From: Paecilomyces variotii
Lineage: Eukaryota
Direction: 5' to 3' (one strand)
Assembly: GCA_004022145.1 (NCBI GenBank)
Contig: RCNU01000004.1
Length of the DNA: 64,000 bases
In this document: positions 1 to 11,995 of the stretch, one piece after another
Layout of the letters: every line of letters starts with the position of its first letter
Numbering within the stretch: the stretch's first letter is position 1
Made by a program: the position numbers and the translations under genes
Notes under the pieces: generated by a model
What the model was told of the DNA's origin: nothing
Database searches by the model: none
Seen by the model: the letters and a program-made list of their open reading frames with translations, nothing else

Positions 1-409
1 TGTTGCATTTTTAATCTTCAGTGCCACCAGTATGGTGGTCTCGGGGTTAAAAATTTTTAATCATTCGCCAGCGGTGGGATGAGGGTGATATGTGAAGTGT
101 CAAGTATCAAAAGAGATTTGAGATGCTCACCTTCTTAGTTGTATAAACGAGGCACAGAAACTGTGTCTACGTCTATGTTAATCGGCAAATGATGCCAGCA
201 ATAACGAGTTCTGACGTTGGCAATTCGTTTTCCATTCTACCACGAGCAGCGTAATGGTCCATGACAGTATCTAGTACATCGCATTCGTAGCACGTGACAG
301 AAAATGGCCCCTGCAAACCGTTTGGTCGAAGAAACCACCGAATCCTGGGACATCGGGTCAGCAATTGCTCGTCCTTATAATACAGCAACTTGAGTTTAGA
401 TACTCACCC

Positions 410-1480
410 TTAGTCGAACAGACCGAAGCCCATGTCCTCGTCGGACTCCTCGGCTTCCTCCTCCTTCTTCTCCTCGGCCGGGGCAGCACCACCAGCCGGG
501 GCAGCAGCAGCAGCGGCAGCGGGGGCCGCGGCGGCGTAGGCGTCAGGGTTGGCAATGCGGTCCTTGAGCTCCTCAATCTCAGGCCAGCTGTACTCGGTAG
601 AGATAGCAACGGCCAGGACCTTCTTGTAGGAGTTGACCAGAGAGTGGACAACGGAAGGAAGGGTGGGGTAGTTGGCAGCCAGAGAGATGGCAGTGATGGC
701 CTTGATGGCAGACTGGAAGGTAGCAAGGAGCTGGGACTCCTCAATGTCCAGAATCTCAGGACCGAAGGTCTGGCCCTGGTCGTAGACCTGAGCAATGCTC
801 ATACCGTAGGTGAACGGAGAGATGTTGAGCATGTTCAGGAGGGTAGCCTCGGAGGCACCGACCTTGGAACCGGCCTCAACGAGCTTCAGGTCGCTGACGA
901 TTTCAATGGTACCACGAGCAATCTTGGTGGGGACACCGAGAGCCTGGAAGAAAGAGGTCTTTCCGGGTTCCATACCGGTGTTACCAGCAGGGACGAAGAC
1001 ATCGGCCGGGGCGATGGCACCAGCACGAGCCGGAGCAGCGACACGGTTGGACAGAATCTTGGTACGGGTCTCCTTCATGTCACCGTTGGTGAAGATGAAA
1101 CCGACGTTGCCTATAATCATGGACCGCCCGATTAGCTTTGAGGAGTGCGATTGACGCTGAAAGGAGACTTACCCTTGACGTGGGGCAGGAGACGCTCGTA
1201 CTCAGGGTTCTCAGTGATGAAGCCCTTCAGCGCACGGCGGACCTGGAATCATAGTCAGTCATTGCTGCTCTCGAAATAGTCAATTGCCTGCAGAAAAATT
1301 GCTTACCATGGTGTTCTTTCCCATGAGGACGACACCCTCGCCACGGAGACTCAGACGAATCTCGTGCATCTGCTGAGAGCTGACATTGTCGACGTTGACG
1401 ATGAAGATCGTCTTGTACTCGTCGAGAAGGCTCTTGAGCTTATCGAAGTAAGCGGCCTTGGTAGCGGACTTGCCCCCCAT
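410..1480 (-). CDS. RPP0: 60S acidic ribosomal protein P0 (uL10); exons 1480-1307, 1242-1173, 1110-410
   Basis: The N-terminus [16 protein letters not shown]...[10 protein letters not shown]...[14 protein letters not shown], the motif [17 protein letters not shown] and the C-terminal P-protein tail [13 protein letters not shown] are all present. GT-AG introns at 1306-1243 and 1172-1111 keep the frame. Confidence 0.97.
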
Positions 1481-1851
1481 GTCTCCTTATTTTGACTGAA
1501 GATAGGATGTTTAAGGGCAAGGGAAAATGTCTGATGTTGGTTGGTGTCGTAGAAGTTGGAGTTTGGAGAAATTCCCGAGATGTGCGATTTAGGAAATTCT
1601 CTTGTGGCTTCGCCTAACTAGCCCGAATGGGGCCGTCGCGACCAATCACGTGGCGCCGTTGTACGGCCGGCGACAGCTCCAGCAGATAGCAAAATCGATA
1701 TAGAGATCAATTAATGGCCATGAAGTGCCTTGGTGTCAAGCTGTCTTTCTGGTCGCGCGGCGTCCTTCCAACCATCTGACTATCCTGCTGCCGTCGCTCA
1801 GTAAGCTCATTACATCGTATATTCTGCAGCTCTCCATCATTTGACTCCGCC
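1481..1851. promoter_or_regulatory. Short divergent promoter region between RPP0 and TRM82, with adjacent CCAAT (1642-1646) and CACGTG (1647-1652)
   Basis: There are 371 bp between head-to-head start codons, and the motifs were read directly. Function is inferred. Confidence 0.5.
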
Positions 1852-3492
1852 ATGGCTGCAAAATTTCAATATCCGTTCCAGCGCATCCAATTCTTTGAGC
1901 CACAGGCGCCGGCTCAAAGAATATTGGTTGCTGCTGCTGGTCCAAAGCTTTACTGCTATGCTGCTGAGTCTGGACGGCGACTAAGTGTCTGGCCTCAAGA
2001 TCAGGAGACGGCCAATGGTCAAGATTCAGACATCGCCGAGAAAAGCACCGGTGCAGATGGTCAGGAACCTCCCGGAAAAAAGAGAAAATTGTCACCCTCT
2101 GCGGACGGGTCCAGCAGTGATCCCAAGCCTAATACCAAAGAGACAGGAAAATCTCAAGCGTCGTCTTCGTGGTCACATATCTCTCTTTTGGCGACGTCTC
2201 CTACGGGGAATCATATAGTCGCCGTCACCCCGGAGGATAAATGCATCCGCGTATTCGAGGTCGGCAAAGATGGTACCCTTCAGCATATCAGCGAAAGGTT
2301 GGTGACTCTGAAGTAATCCCTAACTTTAGTCAACAGACTGCTCATCAAAATAGGCACATGCCCAAGCGTCCCAGCGTCATCTCTTTGACGCCGGATGGCA
2401 ATACCATTATATGTGGTGATAAGTTTGGAGATGTCTATTCTCTCCCATTAATTCCAAGCGATAAGCCGATTGTGCAGGCCAAGCCCTCTACACCGAAGCT
2501 ATTTCAGCCTGCAGCCACCAATCTAACTGTCCACACCAAGCGGAATCTGGAAGCTCTGGAACAGCAGCTCCGCGTGGGCAGCAAGAGCGCAGAAGAAAGA
2601 GCACCTCAATTCGAGCACAAGCTGTTGCTTGGCCATGTGTCGATGCTCAGTGCTCTTACATATGTTTCGCTTCCTTCTCCCTCGTCAGCAGGCCAGTCTC
2701 GGAGCTACCTTCTGACTGGAGATCGCGATGAGCATATCCGAGTGTCTCGAGGAATACCACAGACACATGTCATTGAGAACTATTGTTTCGGCCATACCTC
2801 ATTCATCACTCAGATGTGCATTCCTGATTGGCGACCGGAGCTTCTAGTTTCGGGTGGAGGAGATGACCACCTTCTCGTCTGGAAGTGGCAAGAAGGCCGC
2901 ATTCTGCAGAAGGTGCCATTGTTGGATGACAAGTCAGAGTCCCGTGAAATTGCCGTGCGAGGTATCTGGGCACTCTCACTACCTGCCTCTGGAAATGCTG
3001 TGAAAGTAGTATTTGTAGCTGCTGAAGGGTATGTGATTTCCTTATTGCCACTCGCAGTAGCTCTATGTTCCTAACAGATATTCCAGATCTCCAGAGCTTT
3101 TGTGCTACACAATGGAATCAGACGGCCAACTCAGACGACAGCCTTCGATTCAGCTAACTTCCAACGTACTGGATGTAGCATATGATGGGGAAAACAACTC
3201 CATCCTCGTGTCGTTGGATGGAGTTCATGAGTCTGGTTCCACGCAGGCTTTCAAAGAGAACCCTACTGCACCCCAATCTTTTCTACAGGCCCTTCGTGTT
3301 GTTGAGGGACGGGACGATTTGACTTTCGAGGCAGTTGAAGACTCGTTGGTCAGCAGCGTCAATGCTGAGGGAACCACGGATGTCGTTACCTCTGACGATG
3401 AGAAGGCCATTGAAAAGTCAAAGAAAGATCTGACTGATGCATTGTACGGCCTCGGTAACCTCAGAAAAAGGGCGAATGGAGAGGAGGAATAA
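1852..3492 (+). CDS. TRM82: tRNA (guanine-N7)-methyltransferase non-catalytic WD40 subunit; exons 1852-2297, 2354-3028, 3087-3492
   Basis: Motifs MPKRPS, GDKFGDVYSLPL, LLGHVSML, DRDEHIRVSR, CFGHTSF and SGGGDD are typical of Trm82/WDR4. Two GT-AG introns join the three ORFs in frame. Confidence 0.92.
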
Positions 3493-4455
3493 TTGTACAA
3501 TATATACTTGAGCTCATTAAGATAAGAGCCTGCATTTGAAAATATGAAAAGTTCAGCTGTCTGCTTTGACGATCTGCGATCTGACAAAACAACCAGATAT
3601 ATCCCAGCTTATACCTTTGGAGGACAAGGTTAAAAAGAATTGTATAACCCCTCGATTCAATGTACCCTACGTCGCTTGAAGTGCTACTGGGTGGTACCAA
3701 GAGACGAAATAACCTGCAGGTTTATTATTTGTGCCTTATTTTGACCTTAATAATTCAGAGCCTGGGTTCGGTACTAGTGGGTCTTCTCCGCGCCAGAATC
3801 AGGGAGTATAGTATATTTAATTTTTCTAATCCTTTCTCTTCCACAACTAACTCGTGTTGGTGTGCCCCTATATATATAAGATGCGTACAATCACTACTCA
3901 ATTAGATATCTTATCGCTTTTTGCAAGCCCCTTCTCATCAAATGCAACAGTAAATTTTTACAATGTCTTCCTTATCATCGCCACGTTTGTGAGGTAGCAG
4001 AGTTTAGTAGTGCAGTAATAGCAAGCAGGTAGGGATTAAGAGGTTCGAGAGGCTGAGCAGTCCGCCCAAACATCGATCTCGAGATTATCAGTGTTCACGC
4101 CAGCCTCCAGTGACAGATCGATAACTTTGTCAGCCTCACCATCCACTTCAATGATAGGTTGTCTTTCCTGGTAGGAATGAATTAGGGCTGTAAGTTATGA
4201 TCTCCGCTTCGTTTGGTTTAGCGGGGACATGTGAAGCGGTCTATAACCAACCTTATACTCGGCGATCTACTAGTACTTGATGCGTATAGCGCTTATACTT
4301 TGTTTTGACATGATGGTTAGAGGAATACACTATATTCGGCGTACAGACAGGGTAGTTCGTAGGGAACTTTCCCGCTTTCCCGCTCCTGCCTAGTATAGCC
4401 ATAACAATAATAACAATAACTGACTATCGTTTTGCGTCTCTTCGAGGACATATTT

Positions 4456-5560
4456 CTAAAAGAAAGGCATAGCCACCGTGTTCCCGTAGTCGATGTTCTC
4501 ATCTTTCATTTCGATGCGGTCATGGCAGGTACCGAAAAGTCTGTCCCAGACGCGAGTCTGCTTGCCGTAGTTGTGGCTCTTCCTGTAGCCTTTGCGGTGG
4601 TGAAGATCGTGGTCCTCAATAATGATATTCCAGCCAAGGTAGTCCAGCAGCCAGCTTAGCGTGGACGTTGCGGAAACATGGACACGGAGACCACTGTGTC
4701 CCATGACTTCGGTAAAAATAATATATTGATGGCAGATCCACCACTCGTAGTAAGTCATGGGCAACCCCACAAGCTTGAGAGTGGTATATGTCAAGAAAGG
4801 GACGACGACCATGTCGAATAACTCCTGCTCATAGTCCGCATAGGCAGCCAACAGCATGTTTGGGTGCTTGGTGAGATGGTGGGTGCGGTGATATTTCCAA
4901 AGGCCGTCGACGTCGTGCATGGCGCGGTGATACCTAACAACAATATTAGCTCCTGAATGTGGCAGGAAATAGATATCATCTTCTGGCATACCAGTAGTAC
5001 CAGAAGTCAAGCACAATCCCATATAGACCCACCTCCAGGAAGAGCCATTTCCATCTCATATCCAGGGGCAGCTGGTTGGGCTTGTAGGTCAACCAGATTG
5101 CAAGCGCAATCCGGGAGCCAGTCGTCTTGAGAAGAGACAGAGCAACCTTTTCCACGCCGACATCCGGGATACCATCACGTTCGTGCTTGTCCCCATCCAG
5201 GAACCCGCATTGGTGCGAAAGTCGTCGAGTAACGTGCGTCTGCCTTATGAAAATGACATTAAACAAGCCAAAGTAGAGCCAGAAAGCGGCTATAGGCCCC
5301 AGGCAGTGGCCAGTAAGATAGGTATAAGCCTGGTGAAGGATGAGAGGAATCGAGCTGTACAGAATGACCCAACGATGAATCGACCACCCGGGCATATGAG
5401 GGACCTTCTCCTCCTTTGAATGAACGGGCACCTCTTTATTGAAATCAATCGGGAACGTGTTGACCCTTTCGATGCCCCGGTGGAAAACACCCCATTTTTC
5501 CCTCGGCCATTTGTGCCAGGTCATCTCCATCGAGTCCTTTGGATTGCGTGGAGTGTCCAT
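4456..5560 (-). CDS. Fatty acid hydroxylase/sterol desaturase superfamily membrane di-iron enzyme; exons 5560-4992, 4933-4456
   Basis: His boxes DFWYYWYHRAMH, HRTHH, GHSG and DHDLHH plus NYGKQTRVWDRLFGT. Intron 4991-4934 (gtatgc...gctaat...tag) restores the frame. Confidence 0.88.
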
Positions 5561-7172
5561 GGTTGCTGGCTTGGTCGATATTGATGGAGGAAGTCGCGTT
5601 CCCTTTTATACTTGGAGGGCGTAAGTGGCGCAAATGACTCTTGAGGACGCTACCACGTTCATGGGTATCTTGCGACACGCGAAACTTTTTCTAACCCATA
5701 TATTCCTCTCATTATCGTGGATGGCCAAGTGGAGTGGATAGTTATACTCCTTAAGTGTATGTTGATCACGTTGAGGTAGGTATACTCCTGCGTACCTCGG
5801 GACGGTAAGTGAGCATCGACTGCGGCTCCCGTGCGGTTGATCTCGTCCATGACTACCTACTATTTCCAATCAATCAGGCTTCTGATTATCCAGGTGGACC
5901 ATTATTATCATCTTCTATAGTAGGCTTGAAGAGAACAACAATGTGCTGGAATTCCTTTCCCTTTCTGGCCAGTATTCATTCTCGGAACTACTAACCCCGC
6001 CCGTCGGTTCTGTTCTGTAGACAATTCCCAGGCTGTGGCGATTTAAACCCGTAGTTATCTTGACCAATTCCCCTGGCCGGCTTTTGTGCTCTTGGGGCTG
6101 GGGTATGTCGTGAGAGTGGTATCAGCCGGCATAGTTCGCTCTGTGGTACACCTAGCAGCTGCGGATTGTACAGTTTCCTCGATTAATTTCCCAACTTTCC
6201 ACCATGAAAGGGAAAGAGGTCACTAATACTGCCTCCGTAGCAACAACAAACAGGCTGTCGTGACGAATCGGTGCATATGGATGGTGATGAAGCCATGTAA
6301 GTTTCATTTGGATAGCTCCATGAGCAGCAGAGCCCAAGGACACTCGCTATACATGATTGGGCTACTTACGCCAGTCCTTGGTGCAAGTACTGAGTATAGA
6401 CAGAGGAATATGAAAAATCATTACTATACACTTCGTAATCAGTTTTTGATGCCAGCCTTGAATACTAATACCCGGTGCCAGTTTATACCAGGAGTGTCGA
6501 GTCCCTTGACATCATAGACATCGGATGAGCCCGCTCCTTTTTATTATGTTCATCCTGTGTACATGCCATTAAGTCTGTCGTGTAGCAAGACGATCTATTA
6601 CATCGCAGTGTTCGGCTTATTAGTCTATCCAGAGTTGTATATTTTGGAAGAGATGGTAAAATTCTGCGTACAGACGAATCGTTATTCGAGTAGACGAGAA
6701 AAGGTATCTGAAAGTCTCAGCAACTCTGGCTATAAACAATTCTGTGCCGGGATTACAGATGAGCTACATTATAGGGGTCCATGAGTGTCCATGAGTGCTC
6801 AGCTGCATTATCAAACCTCCCTTTTACCACAAGAACCTTGGTATGGAAAGAGTTCGTTGTAAAACCAGACGTGGATATTGTGAATGGGAATGCAATTGTC
6901 GTGACAGGCCTCGTTGAACAATGGCTGGAAAAATGAGGGAATATTGGAATACGTTCTACTAGATTGATGCTTCGGATCTTGCTTTGATGAACGATGATAT
7001 TCTTTACTAGTTAGAGGTCGGACCCTGAGTAACAGTGTAATTGTACAGCCGTTCAGTCTGGGCTCGGCGCACCCGCCTTGGCCGACGCCGAGAGCCGCGG
7101 GGTCCCCCAAAAGGCCGGCTAGAATCTCCCAAGGTCCCTTTTCCCATTTTACCTTCTTCATATATCGCCAAA

Positions 7173-8472
7173 ATGCCTGACAATTTTGAACCCCTAAAGA
7201 ATGACCTGCTCTTGAGGGCAGCGCGGGGTATGTGACTCTAATTGCAAATTGGGAAGCCATTCGCTTAACATTGATATGCAGGCGAGAAGGTTGAACGCCC
7301 GCCGATATGGGTGATGCGACAAGGTGATCTCCAACCATGGATTGATGAAGTGGCTTCCACAGCCATGATGGCTTTTCTGTGGGATTTAGACTGATTCGTC
7401 TTTTCGTCGTATTTTCAGCTGGACGATACCTCCCCGAGTACCACGAAGCGAAAGGAAACCGGGATTTCTTCGAATGCTGCCGCACACCTGAGATCGCGTC
7501 CACGCTTACTCTCCAGCCCATTGAACGATATGCAGGGCTCATTGACGCGGCAATTATCTTCTCCGATATCCTCGTCATTCCGCAGGCGATGGGTATGACC
7601 GTGGAGATGGTCGATAAGAAGGGCCCGGTCTTCCCCGAGCCGCTGAAGTCGCCGGACGACGGGCAATACGAGAAAGTGATGAAGAAGCAGGTCGACGTCA
7701 AGGCAGAGTTGCAGTATGTTTACGACGCTATCACGCTTACGCGGCACAAGCTGAAGGGCCGCGTGCCGCTGATTGGCTTCTGCGGTGCCCCTTGGACATT
7801 GCTTTGCTACATGGTCGAGGGCGGTGGTACGAAGCTCTTTATTCAGTCTAAGACGTGGATCTTCAAGTACCCGGAGCAGTCAAAGGCTTTGTTGCAGAAG
7901 ATTGCCGACATCTGTGTCGAGTACCTGGCTCTGCAGGTGGCCGCAGGAGCGCAGCTAGTCCAGGTCTTCGACTCGTGGGCGGGGGAATTGTCTCCAGCAT
8001 CCTTCAAGTCTTTTGCGCTGCCCTACCTACGACACATCTCTGAGAATCTTCCGAAGAGGCTGAAGCAATTGGATCTGGAGCCAGTCCCCATGACTGTCTT
8101 TGCGAAGGGTGCGTGGTATGCACTGGACGAACTTTGCGAGTCGGGATATAATGTCGTCGGTCTTGACTGGCTACACGACCCGGCCGAGGCTTACCAGATC
8201 GCAAGGGGCCGGGTGACCCTGCAGGGTAATGCCGACCCTGGCGTCCTATACGGAGGTAGGGAGGCTATAACAGCAGTGGTAGAGAATATGGTCAAGGGCT
8301 TCGGCGGTGGGAAGAAAGGATGGATTGCCAACTTGGGACACGGTCCGCGCACATTACGCTCCGTCCACGATGTTTTCAATGCTAACTATCATTAGGCATT
8401 ACTCCCTTCGTGAACCCCGAAGACCTGCGGTTCTACTTCCAGGAAATCCACCGACTAACCGCTTCACCATGA
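7173..8472 (+). CDS. HEM12: Uroporphyrinogen decarboxylase; exons 7173-7227, 7282-7323, 7419-8342, 8396-8472
   Basis: Motifs [60 protein letters not shown] and IANLGHGITP. Three GT-AG introns. Confidence 0.96.
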
Positions 8473-8596
8473 GCGCTCTGCCTCCTCCACAACAAACTCA
8501 CACGCTGGGACGACTCTGGTCATACATTGCATGCTTGCACATGTCGCCTGACCTACGGACGAAGATAGAAAAAAAAATCATACCGTCATGCATATT

Positions 8597-9211
8597 TCAA
8601 ACACCGATATCCTCATTCCTACCACGAAGACGAGATGATCAGCGATCTCGATACGCAGGGAAGAAAAAGTTCAGGCAGATGGGTAGATTAAAAAGAAAAC
8701 ACAAGGGACCAAATACATACCAGATCTCGGGCTTCTCCCGCATGAACTTCTCCATCAATTGCTTGCACTCCTCATTTTCCAGAACCACGACCTCAATGCC
8801 TCGGTTCTGGAGGTATTGCTCCCCTCCCACGAAGCTCTTGTTCTCACCAACGACGACCCGCTTGATCTTGTAGAGCACGCAGGCACCGGTGCACATGTCA
8901 CAGGGAGAGAGCGTGGTGTACATGGTGGCGCCCTCGTAGGCAGATGCGGGCAGGCGACCGGAGTTTTCGAGAGCCGAGATCTCTGCCTGTAGTGTGACCG
9001 GACTGGCGTGAGGACGCTGTAAAACCAGGAGAGGCGAATGGGATTAACTGACATGCAGGGTTGCGCTGCCCTTCTGCACGCGCATGTTGTGCCCGCGGCC
9101 TAGAATCTTGCCATCCTTGGAGACGAGACAGGCACCGATGGGAACACCGCCCTCGGACGCTCCCTGCTTAGCCTCCTCCACCGCCGCGATGAAGCCTGGA
9201 TCCTTCTCCAT
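8597..9211 (-). CDS. FCY1: Cytosine deaminase; exons 9211-9053, 8986-8721, 8618-8597
   Basis: Motifs EGGVPIGA and GRGHNMRVQKGSATLHAE, Zn-binding PCDMC, and C-terminal WNEDIGV (yeast has WFEDIGE). Two GT-AG introns. Confidence 0.95.
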
Positions 9212-9421
9212 GGTTGGTATGTACAACGTGAGGCAAGAATATAACTTTAGTATTGGGATGGCAAGGGGGAGAGAATAATAATAATGCTATCTATAGGTAA
9301 CAGACGAATTGGTACAGATGGCCACGACCGTTGAGCCCCTCGCTGGGGCCTGGATCTACCAGATCGAGCGAGTGAGGGGCGTTCACCTTTTTTTCCGGAT
9401 CGGGCCAATCTGGGGCTCCGC

Positions 9422-9435
9422 CCTTATCGATAAGG
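9422..9435. promoter_or_regulatory. Perfect palindrome CCTTATCGATAAGG with two inverted GATAAG sites (candidate GATA-factor/AreA site) upstream of FCY1
   Basis: Read directly, about 210 bp upstream of the FCY1 ATG. Confidence 0.45.
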
Positions 9436-9616
9436 ACTTTTCGCAGCCACCGATGATGGCTGACTCGGGCACGCGCCACGATACGGTACTGTACCGGTAC
9501 GGTATCCGGGCGGTAACGGGGGGTTGACCAACTTGACCGTTGGAGCCTGGCAACGACGATACCGGGCAGTTACAGCGCCGGTATCGGACGGAGCACGAGT
9601 GATTATCTAATTACCC

Positions 9617-9621
<5 letters not shown>

Positions 9622-9679
<58 letters not shown>
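9622..9679. repeat. (TC)29 microsatellite
   Basis: Uninterrupted dinucleotide run. Confidence 0.97.
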
Positions 9680-9683
<4 letters not shown>

Positions 9684-9844
9684 GATTAAGGCCGCGATGG
9701 TGGAAGACGATGGAATCGATGCAAATAATTCTTTCTCGATCTCCGACGACTCATGATGTCGCAACTCCGCACAACTGATCGATCTCAAACCAGGGCACAG
9801 CCGGGGGGGTCAGCACTGCCGGTGTGACCGTGTATGGAAGAATT

Positions 9845-9889
9845 GGAAGAGCTGAGAAGTCGATGGAATAAGATGGAATCGCATCGAAT
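9845..9889 (+). promoter_or_regulatory. Candidate step-type heat-shock element (five nGAAn units at 10-bp spacing)
   Basis: GAA at 9846, 9856, 9866, 9876 and 9886, upstream of an Hsp40 gene. Confidence 0.6.
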
Positions 9890-10633
9890 CCGGAACGGGT
9901 CCGCGCTCGGGCCACTTGTGCGCAACAGTATCGAAGAAACGAGAAAAAGTTGAAAGGCGGCTGTCAGCCTTGTGGTTTCATTTGGACAAACATCCTGCTG
10001 AGAGGCGGTTTCGTGTAAAAGCTGCATCGTCCGCCCCCGTGTCCTCTCGACCATCTGATACCCTCCTCATCATTATTATTCTCCTCGAAGAGCGACAAAA
10101 AGTTGAACAGGTCATCCAGTCGATCGCCTTCATCGGCTTTACTCTGGATAATCATTGCTGCGTATCTCCGACCCAGATTACGGGAAAGCTTGGCGTATCG
10201 ACAGCCGCAGCTCTGTGGCGGAAAGGACGTCCGCGGTACCTGGCGTTCGGTTAGTTTTAATTACTTTACATTACCAACCAGCCCTCTCACTCCCACCCGC
10301 CGCTGGTCCATTCAGATAACATCCGGGGGCCCTTTCAACCTCTTTTTCCTCGACCCTCCACCCGGAACCCCCCTTCTCCTTCTCCAACCTTCTATCCTTC
10401 CAGATTTCTAAATACAGGCCCTTCAGAGGCACCTCGACAACTCTCCTCTCTCCTCATTCCTCATATTCACCTCTCCCTCCAGACCACCCGTTGCGTTATT
10501 CTATTTGAACCTCTTCACTCGACGGATTGTTGACACAAAATATCGGCGCTCCAGCTTGTTACATTTCAGTTTCTTGCGTCTGTATTATATCCGCGTCCAG
10601 AACCTCCCAGTACACGGATAGGTGAGGGACAAG

Positions 10634-11995
10634 ATGGTCAAAGATACCAAGTTTTACGATGTCTTGGGGGTAAGCAATACTCGCTGTACGACCTGAACAG
10701 GATCATCGACGCTAACACATGCTGCTTAGGTTTCCCCTGATGCCACTGAATCTCAGCTCAAGACGGCCTACAAGAAGGGAGCGTTGAAATATCATCCTGG
10801 TAAGTTGATGACAGACATCACCTTCTTTCCGGAATGCTGTTTCTAATACCCTTGCCCAGATAAGAACGGAAATACCCCGGAGGCCGCAGAGAAGTTCAAG
10901 GACTTGTCTCATGCATATGAGATCCTGTCTGATCCCCAGAAGCGCCAGATCTATGACCAATATGGAGAGGAGGGTCTGGAGGGCGGTGCTGGTGGCGCCG
11001 GCATGAACGCAGAAGATCTCTTTGCTCAGTTCTTCGGCGGCGGAGGCGCCTTCGGCGGAATGTTTGGCGGCGGCATGCGTGAGCAGGGTCCCAAGAAGGC
11101 TAGGACCATCCACCACATGCACAAGGTCAGCCTGGAAGACATCTACCGGGGCAAGATCTCCAAACTGGCGCTGCAGAAATCCGTTATTTGCCCAGGATGT
11201 GATGGACGTGGAGGCAAGGAGGGTGCTGTCAAGCAGTGTACTGGCTGTGGTGGTTCCGGTATGAAGACGATGATGCGCCAGATGGGACCTATGATCCAAC
11301 GCTTCCAGACCGTCTGCCCTGACTGCAATGGTGAGGGTGAGATTATCCGCGAGCGCGACCGCTGCAAGCGCTGCAATGGCAAGAAGACGATCGTCGAGCG
11401 AAAAGTTCTCCACGTCCACGTCGACAAGGGAGTCAAGCCCGGCCACAAGATCGAGTTCCGAGGCGAGGGTGACCAGATCCCCGGTGCTCTGCCCGGTGAT
11501 GTGGTGTTCGAGATCGAGCAGAAGCCGCACCCACGGTTCCAGCGCAAGGACGACGATCTCTTCTACCACGCAGAGATCGACCTTCTCACCGCTTTGGCCG
11601 GTGGCACCATCAACATTGAGCACCTGGATGACCGATGGTTGTCTGTCGCTATCGCTCCTGGTGAACCCATCACTCCTGGCGCCATCAAGATGATCAAGGG
11701 CCAGGGTATGCCTTCTTACCGTCATCACGACTTCGGCAATCTTTACATCCAGTTCGACGTGAAGTTCCCCCAGGGTGACCAGCTGCAGAATCTGCATCTC
11801 CTGGAGCAGGTCCTGCCGCCTCGTCTGCCCCAGCAGCAGCCACCCGCGGATTCGATGGTCGAAGACTTCCAGCTGGAGGACATTGACCAGAGCGAGTATG
11901 CTCAGGCACGGGCTCACGGCGCAGCAGGCATGGACGAGGACGACGAGGATGGCGTTCCGCCCGGTGCTGAACGCATGCAGTGTGCCTCGCAGTAG
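10634..11995 (+). CDS. YDJ1: Type I Hsp40 co-chaperone Ydj1/Mas5; exons 10634-10669, 10730-10799, 10860-11995
   Basis: J-domain [13 protein letters not shown]...KYHPDKN, a G/F-rich linker, four CxxCxGxG-type zinc repeats and the C-terminal CaaX motif CASQ. Confidence 0.96.

Noticed and set aside
365..1135. 256-aa ORF antisense to RPP0
   Set aside because: It mirrors a strongly codon-biased gene in the same codon register and has no independent motifs.
6811..7701. 296-aa minus-strand ORF overlapping the HEM12 5' half
   Set aside because: It is antisense to HEM12 exons and promoter, and the product has no recognisable features.
10712..11917. 401-aa ORF antisense to YDJ1
   Set aside because: Typical antisense shadow of a highly expressed, codon-biased gene.
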